Shown here: in pieces, positions 51,295 through 63,652 of the stretch
Numbering within the stretch: position 1 is the first letter of the stretch
Layout of the letters: each line of letters begins with the position of its first letter
DNA from: Antedon mediterranea
Lineage: Eukaryota; Animalia; Echinodermata
Length of the DNA stretch: 64,000 nucleotides
Assembly (NCBI RefSeq): GCF_964355755.1
Contig: NC_092678.1
Span: 23,019,365 to 23,083,364, forward strand
Direction: 5' to 3'
The notes under the pieces: generated by a model
Told to the model about the DNA's origin: nothing
Databases searched by the model: none
What the model saw: the letters and a program-made list of their open reading frames with translations, nothing else
Made by a program: the position numbers and the translations under genes

Positions 51295-52735
51295 CTGAAT
51301 CCAGGACGATTCAGCCGAAGACAATTCAGCCCACTTTTGGTTTGTGATGATTTGGCACACATTTGGTTGCCCCGAAACGTCTCACTTCTAGTCTGAATAT
51401 ACATTTTTTGGGTATTTTATCAAGTTTTAAAGGTGTTTGACCTAGGCCTACCATTTAATAACATATGTTATTGATATTGCCAATGTTGATATAACACATA
51501 AAAATATATTACTAAACAAATGTAATTTTATATGCAATTTGTATTGCGAAAACTGTGTTTTCATGTTGTTTTCGTGCATATCATTATTTTGCAACGGCCA
51601 ACAGAGGGCGTAATTTGTTTACATCGTTGACGCGTGGCAAAAAAAAATGATCGTTTTAGGCGCTATATTTTAAAAAGCATCATTATTATCCCTAAGTAGT
51701 ACTACTCCATAGTCTCTCTGAAAAGAAAGTTTGGAAAAAATGCTTGGCGCTAGTTCCGTTTCGCACCTGTTTTTATTTCGACTTCCTTTTGACTCCAAAT
51801 TGTTAAGCAACTTATTGTAAATACCACACCTTAAAATTGGGCCTCATAAGTACGTTTATGAAGAAGAATCACAAAAAAAGTAACAAATAAATCCTTAAAT
51901 TGATGATTTTACAGACATGTTTCTCGCATACCGTTCGCCGTGAATTTAGCATACTCGAAGTTCAATATTTTCGTTTCTATGGAGCGCCAAAAGAGCAACA
52001 ACAATAGATGGTTAAAACCTCAGTGGAATGCGTCTTCTTTTAATGCATTTATTATTGAAATACACGTTTAATTTTAATATATTTTGTCAATAAAAATGCT
52101 GTAACATTTTACTGCTAATAATTTGCTGTTTTCAAATAGCAACCAACCCTAGGCCTAAGAGTAAGACTGCATATTATTTAGATTAAGGTATACCCCTACA
52201 GTACATGTAATATGATGATGAATTTGTCGATTTTCATTCCTAAAAGCTCCTGCAAAAACCATGTACAGTATCAACAGTAATATTTTTGTTGCATTGACAT
52301 TGACAAAATATGATAAAATTGAACGTAATTTTCACCAATAAATGCATTAAATATACGAAATTTACTGATGTTTTAGCCCTCTATTATGATTGCTCTTTTG
52401 GCGCTCCATAGAAACAACAACATTGAACATGGAGTATGCGAAATTCACGAACCGATGTACGAGAAACACGTCTGTAAATTCATCAATTTAAAGGATTTAT
52501 TTTTTACTTTTTGTGTGATCTCCTTCGTAAAAGTATTTTTGAGGCCTAATTCTAAGGTGTGGTACTCACGATAAAGTTAATTAACCAATTTTGAGTCGAA
52601 ATAAACGACAGGTGCGAAACGGAACTAGCGCCAAATGCTTATTTATGCTAATATAAGCGGGCCCAGGGTCGAATTGTCTCACTCAGGCCGAATAATGTCT
52701 CACACAGCAGGCCGGGCCGAAACGTCCTTCTACCG
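51295..52735. mobile_element. Older DNA transposon remnant hosting a nested foldback element
   Basis: Inverted ends AGGACGATTCAGCC..GACAATTC (51303) / GAATTGTC..GGCCGAAACGTCCT (52670-52728). Confidence 0.45.
51744..52634. mobile_element. Foldback element with ~300-bp inverted arms and 4-bp TSD
   Basis: TTGGCGCTAGTTCCGTTTCGCACCTGT / ACAGGTGCGAAACGGAACTAGCGCCAA; ATGC on both flanks (51740-51743, 52635-52638). Confidence 0.85.
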
Positions 52736-54429
52736 CTTTTTTCCAACAACACAAGTAGGCCTATGCTAGGCCTAGACATATTTCGTTACTCTGGGATCTT
52801 ATCGTACGCTGATCCACGTAAACTAATGACATATAACAATACATAACTGTGTTACAGTAGGCTTAAGTTAGCTTAGTTAGGCCTAGGCTAGTAGAAATCC
52901 TGGAATCAGACGCCTCATGGACCACCGGTGGTGTATGGTATTTTCGTCCACGTGCGTGTAAGTACGTCCGTACACGTGGAGACCATAACAAACAATTTTC
53001 ATTTTAGATATAGAGGGCACCAAACATTTACCTATTTCGTCTACCCCATGTGTGTGCGTCTACTTAAAATTAACACTAAATGTTGGTTAATTTAGTATAA
53101 CTATATAAATAGGCCTACATTATCATTTAATCTTCTTTGCGAAATATTATTTGAATGTAAGTGTTGCAAACAGTATTTGTTTATGCATGGTTCAGTTCTA
53201 GAATTAACATATCACTATAAATAATATTTATATTATTTTGCGGCCTGTCTTTTTTTTCTTTTAATTTTCTTTTAAAATGTTGGTTTGTTTTTTAAATTAT
53301 ATTCTTTTTATATATTTTTTTTTTTTTTTTTTTTTTATTCATACTCATTATATTAGTTAGGCCTATAATATTTTTATATTACCTAGGATTACTTTTTATT
53401 ATAAACTTAGATCAGCCACTGATCAATATAAATAAACCCCTAATTATTAACTAAAGTTATCCATCTGGAAAATTAACAATTACTTATTTATTTTGATTTA
53501 TTTTAAGTTTTTTTTTTATTATTGATATGAATATTTGTTTATATTATATCTAACACTTAACAGTACCAACACTCACACTAAGAAATTTGCGATTCAAATT
53601 GCGATCAAAAGTGGTTAATTTAATAGTAATACCTATTTACAGTATTGTACAGCATTGCAATACTATTTATGTTTATTCCCCAAGGGCCCATAAATCTACC
53701 TACTTGTGTTAAACCATGGAGGTAAGCCTATACCTGTATGGTTAAACCAAATAATTTGGAATGTTCCATTCATCACAAATCAATACATTTGTAAAAACGT
53801 ATATTAAATGTATCAAAATAGCATTTTTTAAAAGAAAATCGGCCTGTCTTCAACATTATGATGCTGTACTCGAACTGTTCAACCGATTTTCAGCTATTAA
53901 AAACAATTATCGTAGGAGGAGATAGGAAAATGCGAAGTGTCCTCGTATTATTGTGTGCGGGTATTTTTCAAATTGACATCCATTAGACAGTGTATACCAC
54001 GATCGGAAAACACCCCTATTTGGGGCAAATCGTTGAACCTAAATTCGTTTTAATCGTCAATAACTAACTATCGAACTCAATTTAATTAGTAAACAGGGTT
54101 ACATAAGGTGGTTAAAATCAGTACCGAAAGTTTTTACTTTTCAATGTTTTTTAATAATTGCTGTAGTATAATTTAGTTAGATTAGTTTGTAATGTGAGTT
54201 TGTAATGTACATTGATATTTCATTGGGATTTCATTATTAATTTCAGGGTCTTTTTGGAATATAACATGTTTCTCACAAAGACGCAGAACATTCAGCATTT
54301 GGATTTAACTCATCCAGTGGATAGCCAGGTAAGATATTTCAAAAACTGAATGTTAAGCAAGCTTAAACTGAAATAGCAAAAATCAAGAAAGACAGTTTTT
54401 TCTGTCAGTTGATGGTTGGTTGCAGCTGT

Positions 54430-55090
54430 TATGCGCGATTTGAAAGATTTGCGCAATTTGAAATTGCGCAAAAAAAATCCTTGCGCAATTTGAATTGAAA
54501 CATGTGTTTCAAATTGCGCAAGCAACGTATTAAATTGCGCAAGTAATCTGCAAATTGCGCAAGGTTTTTCGACAGATTGTGAAATCATGCACACCCATAT
54601 TTTTATAGTAATTTCTAAGAATGATTCAAAATTAAAGATAAATATTGCATTTCCTTATTTTAGTAGTGCAAATATTGTTATAAGTTAGCATACCGTCGAA
54701 GAACCGACGAAGGAAAACGAAGCGGTGGTGTTCCACCAGCGGGCGCGGCGCGGGCGGCCGGCTATACTACTCTAGCCTAGCCAGGGTCTGGACTACTGAT
54801 ACTGACTAGGTTACATGGCCTAGCTTAAACTAATATTAAAAACTTAAAAAGTGAGTATTAAACATTATCTTCATTGAAATGGTCTTATTTATATAATAAA
54901 ATACTAAATTTTAAACTCCTCTGCCTAGGCCTAGCCTAGCCATGTATGGGAAAATTTACAGTTCGTTTTCAAATTGCGCAAAGGTGTCATATTGCGCAAG
55001 AACTATCTTGCGCAATTTACAAATTGTGCAGTGCAATTTAAAATTGCGCAAAGATTTTCTTGCGCAATTTGAAATTGCGCAAGTTGATTG
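54430..55090. repeat. Two clusters of TTGCGCAA palindromes flanking a GC-rich core
   Basis: Six TTGCGCAA in 54449-54562 and six in 54974-55082; CCACCAGCGGGCGCGGCGCGGGCGGCCGG in the middle. Confidence 0.8.
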
Positions 55091-55294
55091 TGTCCATGTG
55101 TCCATACCATTTGAGGTTGAATATACAGTAATGTACATTGATATTTCATTGGGCACAACTGAAACACAGATTTGGCTAGACTTCTCAGTCGACGGTTGGA
55201 CTCCTTTGCAGCCACTGCATGGTTCATTCTGTGAACAAACTTTTGATATCAAACTTCTATCAACTTTTGATATTTGAAACTGTACAGTACAGTA

Positions 55295-56030
55295 CAGTAT
55301 TTGCTACTGTATGCCAGGCGTGTCATTTTGCGGTACCCAATCCGAAGCTGAAATAGGGTTACTTACTCAATGATGTTGTATAGAATAGGGATGTACTAAC
55401 TGAGTAATACAGGTAAAGTATTAAAACCTTCTTTGCTAGTACTGTAACGTTGTCATTTATTTCATATTTTCGTAACATTATGTAGTGGGATAACTGATCT
55501 GTAGTTTCACTGTATCCGAGTCCCCTTGGGTAGACTTCGTCAGTCATGCCACTACATGGTTCATTTCTTTAAACATTACCTATTACTACTTTGAAACCAC
55601 ACGTTTAAAAAAATGAATGCATTTAGTAAAAGTTCACTTTTATCAACTGTGCAAATAATATTTGTACTTAATTATTTGCTACTGTAAAAACTGTTTAAAA
55701 ATGAGAGGTAATGTTGAAAGAGATAAAGCAATGCTGAAACTTTTGTCTAGCTACACTTTGTTAGCTTCTTTTGATGTTTGAACCTGTTTAAATTCCCAAT
55801 ATTGGCACTTAATTATTTGCTACTGTATGCCAGGCGTGTGTCATTCAGCAGGGATAGGGATATTCATTATTACTATACCAAATTGAAAAGGGGAAAAATT
55901 GTCTGGTGTGGTGTAGTATTACCTTCCTTGCTAGTACTATAATCTTATAATTTATTTCATATTGTCGTAACATTATTTAGTGGGATAACTGGTCTGTAGT
56001 TTCCTCGTGGTCCGCGTTTTACTGTATCCC
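55295..56030. repeat. Degenerate ~500-bp direct duplication
   Basis: TATTTGCTACTGTATGCCAGGCGTGT at 55298 and 55814; GTAACATTAT.TAGTGGGATAACTG.TCTGTAGTTTC at ~55472 and ~55967. Confidence 0.75.
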
Positions 56031-56554
56031 TGTCTTGTGTGGGTACATGACATTTTGCTGTTATTTATGTATTTATTATTTTCAGCTTAGCACTGGTTTG
56101 ATTAGTTACATTGTTTTACATATGATTTTGCATTATTATCCTTTCTGTCTGTAGTAGATATTACCCTTTCTATTTCCATGTCAATGATTGAATTTCTGAG
56201 AGATGTTCTTGTTTGAATTGGTCATTGGTTATGAACTGAATGTTTTGTTCCGTCATTGAGACCTTACATTTTCCATAACCTTTTGGCGTATCATCTAAGA
56301 AATTGTGATTAAAATGTGTTCATAACATTTGAGTTTGAATACAGTATACCACACATTGGTATTTCATTAACAATGTCAGAGTTTTTTTGGAATGTAACAT
56401 AAAAACTTGCAAAAAAAAGATGAGACAACGTTCAACAGTTGGATGAAACTGGATAGCCAGGTACAGTAAGACATTTTAAACAGCAAAACTGAAAGATACT
56501 TTTGTCTACTGTAGGTATACTGTAGGTGTTTGTGAATTGATTGTTGTGTATTTA

Positions 56555-58032
56555 ATAAGTATTTAGTGTAGGTACTCATTTATATTATTCAGTCATGTGA
56601 AAGCAGTAACCTGTAAAGATCTGTGGTATACTGTATGTAGTAATAATTAATTTGTTAAATCATGTTTCAATTTCTACTGATGTCGATGACTCCATTTGCA
56701 TATTTAAGTAATGGGAAGGATTGGACGTGTAGCGCAGAAATTTGTGCGTTGGCTCTTACTAAAGAGTACCAAAGAAGCAAGCTAGATTTATGATATTGAA
56801 GGATTTGTGGATCATTTGAAGATGAACACCGAAATAATTATTTAGTGTAGGTAGTCATTGATATTTTTCACTCCTGGTTTTGTGATTGCCCCACCTGTAA
56901 AGATCTGTGTTATACTGTATGTAGTAACAATTGTTTAAATCATTTTCTAGATTCTACCGATGTTGATGACTGCTTCAACGTCTTTGGGTAAGGTGAGGGA
57001 ATGGACGTGTAGCTCAGAAATGTTTGCGTAGCTCAGAAATGTTTGCATTGTCTCCTACTAAAGAGTACCAAAGAAGCAAGGTAGATTTATGATATGAAGA
57101 ATGTGTGGATGATTTGAAGATGAACACCGAAATAATTATTTAGTTTAGGTAGTCATTGATATTGTTCAGTCCTGGTTTTGTGATTGCCCCACCTGTAAAG
57201 ATCTGTGTTATACTGTATGTAGTAACAATTGTTTAAATCATTTTCTAGATTCTACCGATGTTGATGACTGCATTAACGTTTTTGGGTAAGGTGAGGGAAT
57301 GGACGTGTAGCTCAGAAATGTTGGCGTTGTCTCCTACTAAAGAGTATCAAAGAAGCAATTATTTAGTGTAGGTAGTCATTGATATTGTTCACTCCTGTTT
57401 TTGTAATTGCCCTACGTGAAATGAATAAAACAAGAATTCCTGTACGTAGTAATAATTGTTAAATCATTTTTCAGATTCTACCGATGTTGATGACTCCATT
57501 AACGTGTTTGGGTAATGTGAGGGAATGGACGTGTAGCTAAGAAATTTGTGCGTAAAGAGTACCAAAGAAGCAAGCCAGATTAAAGAAGAAGATGAAAACC
57601 GAAAAAATTATTTAGTGTAGGTACTCATTGATTATTCAGTCCTGTTGTTGTAATTGCCCCACATGAAGTGAATAAAACAAGAATTCCAACATGGAAGCAG
57701 TAACCTGTAAAGATAGTAATAATTCAATTTTTAAATCATTTTCTAAATTTTGCCGATGTTAACACCACCATTACGTTGGTAATGTGAAGGAATGGACGTG
57801 TAGCTCAGAAATGTGTGCATTGGCTCCTACTGAAGAGTACAAAGAAGCAGCAAGCCAGATTTACATTTGAACAGTAAACCAACATCATTGAGCACTGATA
57901 TTTTTTGCAGCGCCATGAGCAATGACTGTTGGCGCTATATAAATCGAGCGATTGATTGCGTTGGCCCAGATTTATGATATTGAAGAATTTGAGGAACATG
58001 TGAAGAAGCTGAAAACCCAAGATGGAATGTAA
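56555..58032 (+). repeat. Degenerate ~220-300-bp tandem repeat, 5 units
   Basis: TATTTAGTGTAGGTA.TCATT at ~56560, 56839, 57137, 57360, 57609; TGGACGTGTAGC and AAGAGTA..AA in every unit. Confidence 0.9.
57864..57965 (+). mobile_element. 102-bp 5'-truncated L2/CR1-type retro-insertion with 9-bp TSD
   Basis: CCAGATTTA duplicated at 57855-57863 and 57966-57974; insert has CAGCGCCATGAGCA..GGCGCTATATAAAT; absent from the other repeat units. Confidence 0.7.
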
Positions 58033-58183
58033 TCAACAGAACCTGAAAGTCATCTGTTCAATTTTCCAGTTACGAACTTAATATCTGACCTACAAAAACT
58101 GTATAGTATTATTGAGAATTTGCAATTATATACCATTACTAAATTACATGGCGATAATGGAGAAGTTTAGCCCGAGTCTGTTG

Positions 58184-58551
58184 TTATAGTAAATAATTTT
58201 CCTTGTACTTATAGTAAATAATTTTCCTTGTACTTATAGTAAATAATTTTCCTTGTACTTATAGTAAATAATTTTCCTTGTACTTATAGTAAATAAACGG
58301 AGCTTGGTGGCGCCTTGTACTTATAGTAAATAAACGGAGCTTGGTGGCGCCTTGTACTTATAGTAAATAAACGGAGCTTGGTGGCGCCTTGTACTTATAG
58401 TAAATAAACGGAGCTTGGTGGCGCCTTGTACTTATAGTAAATAAACGGAGCTTGGTGGCGCCTTGTACTTATAGTAAATAAACGGAGCTTGGTGGCGCCT
58501 TGTACTTATAGTAAATAAACGGAGCTTGGTGGCGCCTTGTACTTATAGTAA
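58184..58551. repeat. Terminal arrays of copy B: 4 x 25 bp then 7 x 37 bp
   Basis: TTATAGTAAATAATTTTCCTTGTAC x4; TTATAGTAAATAAACGGAGCTTGGTGGCGCCTTGTAC x7. Confidence 0.98.
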
Positions 58552-59133
58552 CAACACGCGGACGTCAGTTAATGCAACAGCTGGTCATGGTCCCAACAAG
58601 TTCCTATCAGACATACCGGAGCCGTCAACACCACCCACCACAGGTGGCTCTGTCTCATACGGTCCATCCACACTTGACCTGAATAAGTGCAATCAGTATC
58701 AAGCACCTACATCTGTCGTTCTTGCTACCCCACCGGGGTACCAACTATCCATCACCCACTCCAAAGCCATCCAGGGTAGAACATCTACATCCCGGACACC
58801 CGGAGTCAAATTGCACTAACCAACTATCCTCAACAACTCAAACTTGCATATACATACTCATATACACCATGACAACAAACAAGTGTCGTCCTGCCACTTC
58901 ATTTCACACTATCGCCCTAACAAAGAAACATGCATATTCATATCATACACACATATTAATACTGCCTACTAACGACGCATAAACTCACCAACCTACTTCC
59001 AACAACATTATGCACATACATATATACTTCCATATCTATTTACATATTCATTACCCATCTTCTGCCTTTCCATTGGTCTATTGTACTCATGATTCCATCC
59101 CTTAATTTCAAATTAAGCAATGATTCTATTGAC

Positions 59134-59209
59134 TTGCCCTGATGACTCAAATGAGTAAACGTGTGCTTACGGCCTACAGGGTTGTAGGTTCGAATCTCTC
59201 CCAGGGCAA
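59134..59209 (+). ncRNA. tRNA-like element of copy B
   Basis: Perfect 8-bp closing stem TTGCCCTG/CAGGGCAA, CTC-AAAT-GAG D-arm-like hairpin, GGTTCGAATC B box, downstream oligo-T. Confidence 0.5.
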
Positions 59210-59715
59210 CTTCTTTCAAAATTCCTCTCTTTTTTTTTACCCCACACTTACAGCAATACCAATATTCAAATATATAACATCAACATCACAAACTTAACAT
59301 AGTCATTTCTTTACTGTTTCTGTCAATATTCAATATCATATTCATACTTCAAATTTACACGCCTGTACGTTACTGGCGGTGTCCCTTTCTACGAATTCAT
59401 TCCTCTCTCTCAAACAAAAACAATCCGCATACATTAGGCCCTCTCATAATTCTTGCATCATAACTCCAATATCCAATATTGCGTCGCCGACAACTTACAG
59501 GGACCACTCGAAACGTATACAGTAGTTACTTTCAACACATGTTAACGTCATCATACGTACTTATGCCGCGGTATACTCCCTTTTTGCAACAATCGCCATC
59601 ATTTGCAAATCAACTAAATTTCAAACTCTACCCACCCTTGCACTAATCACACCACGCCCCATTACAAAGGTCCACCGTGTCAGGCAAAGCGAATTTTGTT
59701 CGATGACACCACTAG

Positions 59716-60081
59716 ATGGCCGGACAAGACACTGTCATGCAGCATGCTACCAATGACCAAAACGATCGTACTTGGACTCGTGGACTATTTAATGGACGAT
59801 AACATCTTGTTGCCGTATGTAACGCCCCCGGTAACGCCTGTTTTCCTCTCGACGTTACTCGACGCTACCTTAACAATAATCAAACAACCGTTAACGATCA
59901 ACAACGACAGCGTCGACAGGAAAACCAGGCTTTAAATGCGTGTGCTCTGTGCGGAACCGCCGATTGCTTCATCATTGACTCGGTATTTTGTTTTGCGTCC
60001 AAGTTCAATGCCAACGAACGTCTATCAAAAGCCCCCAAAAAAGCACACTGGCTGAAGGCAGTATCTACAATATTTACATGA
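59716..60081 (+). pseudogene. 121-codon coding-like segment with one internal stop, unique to copy B
   Basis: MAGQDTVMQHATNDQNDRTWTRGLFNGR*HLVAVCNAPGNACFPLDVTRRYLNNNQTTVNDQQRQRRQENQALNACALCGTADCFIIDSVFCFASKFNANERLSKAPKKAHWLKAVSTIFT*; GC clearly above background. Confidence 0.4.
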
Positions 60082-60548
60082 TATCAGAGATATTATGTGT
60101 AATATATTAATATTCACTATAATCCTCTATGATGATGATACATTTTACTTCATAGCCACACATAAATACTGATGTACGTCGGAAGGCTATATACTTTATG
60201 CATGCTGACCGACAGTGATCTCAACAATAGGTACGCAGTTGTCTGTCGGTATCCTTTGTACGAATCGTTCGTGCCCCAGCTCAATATCATGTTACATGCA
60301 GGGACCAAACATTTATTTTTCAGGTTAAAATCGCCAATTCATTTTCAACTCTTACAAATTTACACACACTATCACTCGAAGTACGCTCATACAGGGAACA
60401 AGGTACAGTATGAGTTATTCACGAACGAGTTCACAAAATTCTCAATTCACGAACATCTTTTTGTACTGTGGGGCACGTATTTGGAGGATTTCCAGAGATG
60501 AGGGTGAGGTATTGGGCATGTCGGGGATGGGAGTTCGCAGTCCACATA

Positions 60549-60768
60549 AGCCTGGTTTCCATAAAATCGCTACACGACAGAGCGTAGCGATTCTATGGAA
60601 ACGCTAGAGTTTATCGGGGATCTAGTACGCGTATACGATTCATCGCCGACAAAATCGGCAAAGTTGAACATGGTTGAACTTTGCCGATTTGACTGCGATG
60701 AATCGGAGAGCCTTCCCGATTGCGTCGGCGACATCTGCGCGTGTAGCGATTTTAATGGAAACCAGGCT
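60549..60768. mobile_element. Harbinger-type palindromic MITE (220 bp)
   Basis: TIRs AGCCTGGTTTCCAT.AAAATCGCTACACG / CGTGTAGCGATTTTAATGGAAACCAGGCT, TA-containing flanks. Confidence 0.85.
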
Positions 60769-61863
60769 TAAGGGGGATTCGCGCTGTAAAGTGAGGGTTT
60801 GCCCGAACCATAACAACCCCCCTGGCTACGGGCCTGCATACAACAACAAGTTACAAAGGTCCTACTTCAACGCAACTTCTTCTCCACACCACTACGTTCG
60901 CGTATATTTTCTATGCCACAATTTAGCCCCCCATCACATACAACAAAAAGTTACAAAGGTCTTACGATCACCGCTTGCCCGCCGTGCGTGGGGTACGTAC
61001 GTCACTACGTTCGCGTACACTTCCTTTGCTACAATGTATCTTTTGCATTTATTAACTAACATTTCCATTCTTTGTAATCATTACTGACCACTTCAGAACA
61101 TCAACAGCAAAATTTCTCTTTGCCAAATGTTCCTGCGTTCCACTTGCAAAGTACACAATATTATAACCCGTTTGCGCCCACCACAATCCACGGCCCCCCC
61201 CCCCCTGTGGCCATTCCAAACACTCTCTCGGACCTTCCCGATAGAACCCTTCCAACCATCAATTCCCAAAACCATTACCAACATCAACGGCCTTCATGCT
61301 CCTCGGTATCTCTTCACCTACGGCATTCTATTATACATCTTCAGGTAGTACGATACAGGTGTCTCCAACAGCCCTCACTATCTTCTCATGGGTGAAACTG
61401 TCTTCCGATACCTTGCTTACAACTGCCAAATATGACATCATCAACAACATTACCACATACATTGATCTTCACATGTGTCCTTCGCTGCACACAATGCTGC
61501 ATCTATCCATCTCTATCTATATTAGCCTTTTTCACAGCTGCTACATGCAGACCAACCACACCACTTACCACCTTCACTTCGGTCCGCCAACCATCTTTTG
61601 TTGATGTCTACTTCACCAGTTCGGACACTACTTCCTGTGTACAACAACCTACTTTCATCTCAATATCAAGGCCACTTTACACAGACAAGCGGTAATGCTA
61701 ATACTGTACAAATATATATATATATATCCATACTGAATAGATGAGGGCGTATCAATTGATCTCTGGTGCGCGTGCGTACAATTGAGCACTAGTGCTGTTC
61801 CGCCGTACCACGCCGAGAATGTTAAAGAGTCGCTATCCAATCGAGTTTCAACAATACCATCAA

Positions 61864-62040
61864 AGCCCCAGTGGTCTAATGGATACGACAACTGCATATC
61901 AAGCAGACGGTCCGAGTTCGAATCTCAGTTGCGGCAACTTTTTCTCATTCTCACAGATTTCCTTATCTTTATCGGTTCAAATTAATTAATTAAATTTCAG
62001 TATATCACCGGGCGGTTTAAAATTAATGTTCTTTGCCTGA
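61864..62040 (+). mobile_element. tRNA-derived SINE-like repeat with near-cloverleaf head (anticodon position ATC)
   Basis: GCCCCAGTGGTCTAATGGATACGAC-CTGC-ATATCAA-GCAG..GAGTTCGAATCTC..TGCGGC then CTTTTT; body shared with 40640-40812 (-). Confidence 0.7.
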
Positions 62041-62202
62041 CGTGTTTATATATATATATATATATATATCCATGTTTATGACCCCTCCAGAGTGGAGGTA
62101 AGTGGGTAAAGCTATGCAGTAAGGGGGTCATTAATAATATCAGAAAAAATTCTTTGTACTATAGTACATGGACATTCTTTCTAAACCAAATACGCACCAA
62201 TG

Positions 62203-62520
62203 TTATTATTTACCTCCGCCAAGGAGGTATATGTAATCGGTAGCGTGTGTTTGTTTGTTTGTATGTTAGCAGGATTACTCAAAAAGTAATTACAAGATCT
62301 TTACCAAAATGAATAGACAGATAGATATGTGGTCAAGGACCATTCCATTAAATTTTGTGACCACACTCCCAATTCTGGACCACTTTTTAGTATACTTTTT
62401 TAGACCTGCTAGTGTTAAAAGATAGGACAGAATTTTTCACAAGCCGCCGAGCAGTCTTAAAGTAACAAGTAAACTGAAATTGCATTTTCTCGAGAACTAC
62501 TTGTCCAAAAAACTAATTAT
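62203..62520 (+). mobile_element. Helentron-derived non-autonomous element (HINE), 5' part
   Basis: TTATTTACCTCCGCCAAGGAGGTA subTIR/palindrome followed by (GTTT)n microsatellite; body matches 31170-31255. Confidence 0.75.
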
Positions 62521-63652
62521 TTATTTCCCATTAACTTTGCAGAAAACGTCAGTTGTTCACTTGTTCATGCTTACAGATTTATTACTAAATTCGTTATCTT
62601 TCCAATAATTCTGGACAATTTCACTTACATAACTTGACTACATACGTGCCTGCCAGGTAACTACCCATCCACAGAGAGATGCACTTCCATTCACTGCAAA
62701 CTTATTTTTCCTGCTAATGAATGGCAAAAACATATTCCAATATACACCAACCAATAGTGGTTGGTAGTCTATAACTGATTAGCTACCTTACCTAAACAAC
62801 ATATTATATCATATTCAATAATATCCTCAATTACACCAAAACTTCATTCCAAAGAAGACATTCTTTGTATTCAACACGACATATATATTATTGGGTTCTT
62901 CCATTTCTGATGTTATGTCCCCTACGATTTGGTGTCCTAAATGACAGGTTCCACTGTATTCAGAAATAACCCATTCAACTCCTCAAACAGAATCATTCAA
63001 AAATACATATCAACATTATTGTTGATATACACTACTGACTGATACTACAATACCATCAATGCGATTAAAACTTACAAACATTGCCTGTACTGGACCAGTC
63101 TTTCACATGTCAATCTCCCCAACTATCGGAAGACAATATCAATTTACAAACACTAACTACACTGCTCTGGTCAATCAATAACAATAACTTCTTTAATTTG
63201 TTTGTTTTTTCTGAGTATATAAACTTAACATATACACACATGTCTTTAACAAATTATTCTCTATTCTTAACTATTACAACCAATCAATTTTAAACAAATA
63301 TATATCATTACTCCTACACACAATCTACCTATCTACAATACATAATTTCTATGCCCAAAAGGTCCCAACCTCCCTGTTTCTGTATCCATATTTACACCCA
63401 AACCAGAAATGATGTAATACCCATAACATATACACAATTGATGTATTTCATACACCCACAATGGAGGATATAAAAATCCCACATCATGGAGTTACATTAT
63501 ATACACCAGCAGTGGAAAATCCATGGCGGGCTGGCTGTATCTTATCTGACTACAACCATACAATTGTAGGTTCACAAATAGTACACTATTCAAAATCCCT
63601 ACATCCTGGTAAATACACCTGGTTTTACACAAACTCGCCTTCCTTACAGTTT

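Noticed and set aside
59139-59165. Hammerhead ribozyme in the tRNA-like unit (CTGATGA-CTC-AAAT-GAG-TAAAC)
   Set aside because: Has TAAA instead of GAAA, and the CTGATGA is not conserved in the three copy-A units
61380-61640. Minus-strand coding-like stretch (GWRTEVKVVSGVVGLHV..)
   Set aside because: Several stops, no splice support and no second copy to test conservation
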